In this document: in pieces, positions 63,001 through 64,000 of the stretch | Layout of the letters: each line of letters opens with the position of its first letter | Position numbering within the stretch: position 1 is the stretch's first letter | Assembly: GCA_051294375.1 (NCBI GenBank) | Contig: CM119271.1 | Location: 304,721 to 368,720, forward strand | Direction of reading: 5' to 3' | DNA length: 64,000 bases | From: Paraspadella gotoi | Lineage: Eukaryota > Animalia > Chaetognatha | Made by a program: the position numbers and the translations under genes | The notes under the pieces: model-generated | Databases searched by the model: none | What the model saw: the letters and a program-made list of their open reading frames with translations, nothing else | Told to the model about the DNA's origin: nothing

Positions 63001-63390
63001 TGCGGCCGTCTTGTCGCGGCATCCCGTCACCATTACGTCGCCGCGGATGCGAAAGCAACTGAGGCCGGCATCGTGTGCGTGGCAGGCGAGGAAGGCGCCA
63101 GTCTCCGCGTCCCAAATCGTCATCTCGTTGCCGAGATTGTAGCAGGCGACTAAGTAGCCTTCCTGCGAGAGGGAGGGGAGAGAGAAGGAACAAAATTGAA
63201 AAACGATGCCAATAAGAAACAGACTAAAAGCACGAGGACCTGAAAATAATTTAATCATAAATCAAAGGAAAAAAAATCCGCGTCACCTGAAAACCGAAAC
63301 CGGAAATGGGAGAGTTTCCGGCGACGTCGATCTTCGCCTTGCAGTCGCCCGTCACCATGTCCCACAAGCGGATCACGTTTTTCTTTCCTG
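60092..63390 (-). CDS. FBXW/beta-TrCP-like WD40 repeat protein, 3' part (5' end lies beyond the window)
   Basis: Exons about 63287-63387, 62948-63162, 62492-62765, 60695-60803, 60092-60399. VTGCRDKTAAVWE, GHENLVDCV..VTGSRDHSVRVWN, GHTNALKVV..VSGSADRTMRLWD; last repeat LITGDVLGNINIMDFLN resembles beta-TrCP IVSSSHDDTILIWDFLN. No F-box is visible in the window. Confidence 0.8.
60955..62163 (-). CDS. TFB2M: Mitochondrial transcription factor B2 / dimethyladenosine transferase 2, intronless, nested on the same strand in the WD40 gene
   Basis: 402-aa ORF with a presequence-like N-terminus. LFEINPGPGILSRKLLD resembles TFB2M LLECNPGPGILTQALLE. AATAAA overlaps the stop codon. Confidence 0.8.
   Translation of the reverse strand: MAVLVLNSFRKNGTALKLRQWRSLLVPKSVNIKIDAAHASTTVNSDSLYLRDEVLATDLARNLNERLFNAFNASGQSRLFEINPGPGILSRKLLDANPGLSIVGIEADVETFDLPLKDLSAEYGDRFRVESQDFYSLLRRPLDMDTYSIADRLFATEANDSSPIPSLFCIPPPSFLRNSKLLRFILSPFINESSHLERIAHGRFLLVIPPSLFPEKFFGDIELDLIAKEINFSWGRQPVFRKDAVVLINAFFNVNLLGVVPSEAFGGKGSGDKHLLVELVAREETDILIPRQHWKTLAFFVALVSKMNGNTRVVPQMETLLPNVGPSLIMDDYTMAELMKDLTPKRFITVFAHFLNHRDYDNSIFGQVENQNLNPSHWFEKIVFKRFKKYGQPFKITNDSVQ
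62772..62955. repeat. Perfect 90-bp tandem duplication of an intron including its 5' splice site
   Basis: atttaaaagagtgg...gactcacatca occurs twice with a period of 90. Confidence 0.9.
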
Positions 63391-64000
63391 AAAATTCTCA
63401 AACGTGAGCTACAAATAGCGGTAGCCGACAAAATTCAAATTTTAATGCGAACAGCATTAAACTAATCGATTATTGGTATTAATTATTGTCATAACATATT
63501 TTTTTTTTTGCAAAAATGTTCCGAACCATGAGTAATTCGCTAATTAAAATTATTATATTACTAAATATTTAAGGAAAAACAGTGTGTGACTAGGGTAGTC
63601 TGGTGATTTTTTTATTTTTGTTAAGAAAATTTTTTTTTCGCGTTCTGTCATGTAGCAGACATCGTTAGCTTTCATATGATACCTCACATGATGCATTAAA
63701 ATTATTTTATGATAGAATTATTCTCTGCGTTGATGACATAAAAAAACAAAAAATGAGATAATTTTTTTCTGCCAGGCCTAGTAGACACAGCTAAATCTTA
63801 AAATTTAAAAATCTGATAGTATAGTCTTTTAGCCCTATGTCAGTTGTTTTTAAATCAGGGGGAATAAAGTTTGAACTCCTAAATTATCATATTTAAATCA
63901 TATGTTTGTTAAGGTTCCTGCATGATTTTTTTAATTTTTTTGTTTTTAACAAAATGATAATCATTATCCTTAGTAATTATATAAACATTTGAGGTATAGA

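Noticed and set aside
1-64000. CRISPR arrays, rRNA, prokaryotic operons or defence systems
   Set aside because: The sequence is intron-containing eukaryotic DNA; no repeat-spacer arrays or rRNA motifs were seen.

Overview
This is gene-dense eukaryotic (most likely invertebrate animal) genomic DNA, with GC3-rich exons and AT-rich introns full of transposon remnants. Twelve consecutive top-level genes all lie on the minus strand: BCAT, STT3B, TMED9/4-like p24, PA2G4, RAP1GDS1, a C2H2 zinc-finger gene, PSMD8, ATE1, a small single-TM protein, CRIPT, SLC35B3 and an FBXW-like WD40 gene. Three further genes are nested in introns: a PIM-like kinase antisense in BCAT, a tandem BAF-domain protein antisense in STT3B, and an intronless TFB2M on the SAME strand inside the WD40 gene. 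Mobile DNA includes a DD35E Tc1-like element, Kolobok-type, TA-target and foldback MITEs, HINE-like repeats, and a young miniature LTR element (TRIM) whose LTRs carry tRNA-type Pol III promoter boxes and a 3' RNA module shared with a second LTR family. PA2G4 intron 1 holds a 1.3-kb GC-rich segment closed by a ~90-bp stem that looks selected at the RNA level. All gene models were spliced by hand, and all homology calls come from remembered motifs, not database searches.
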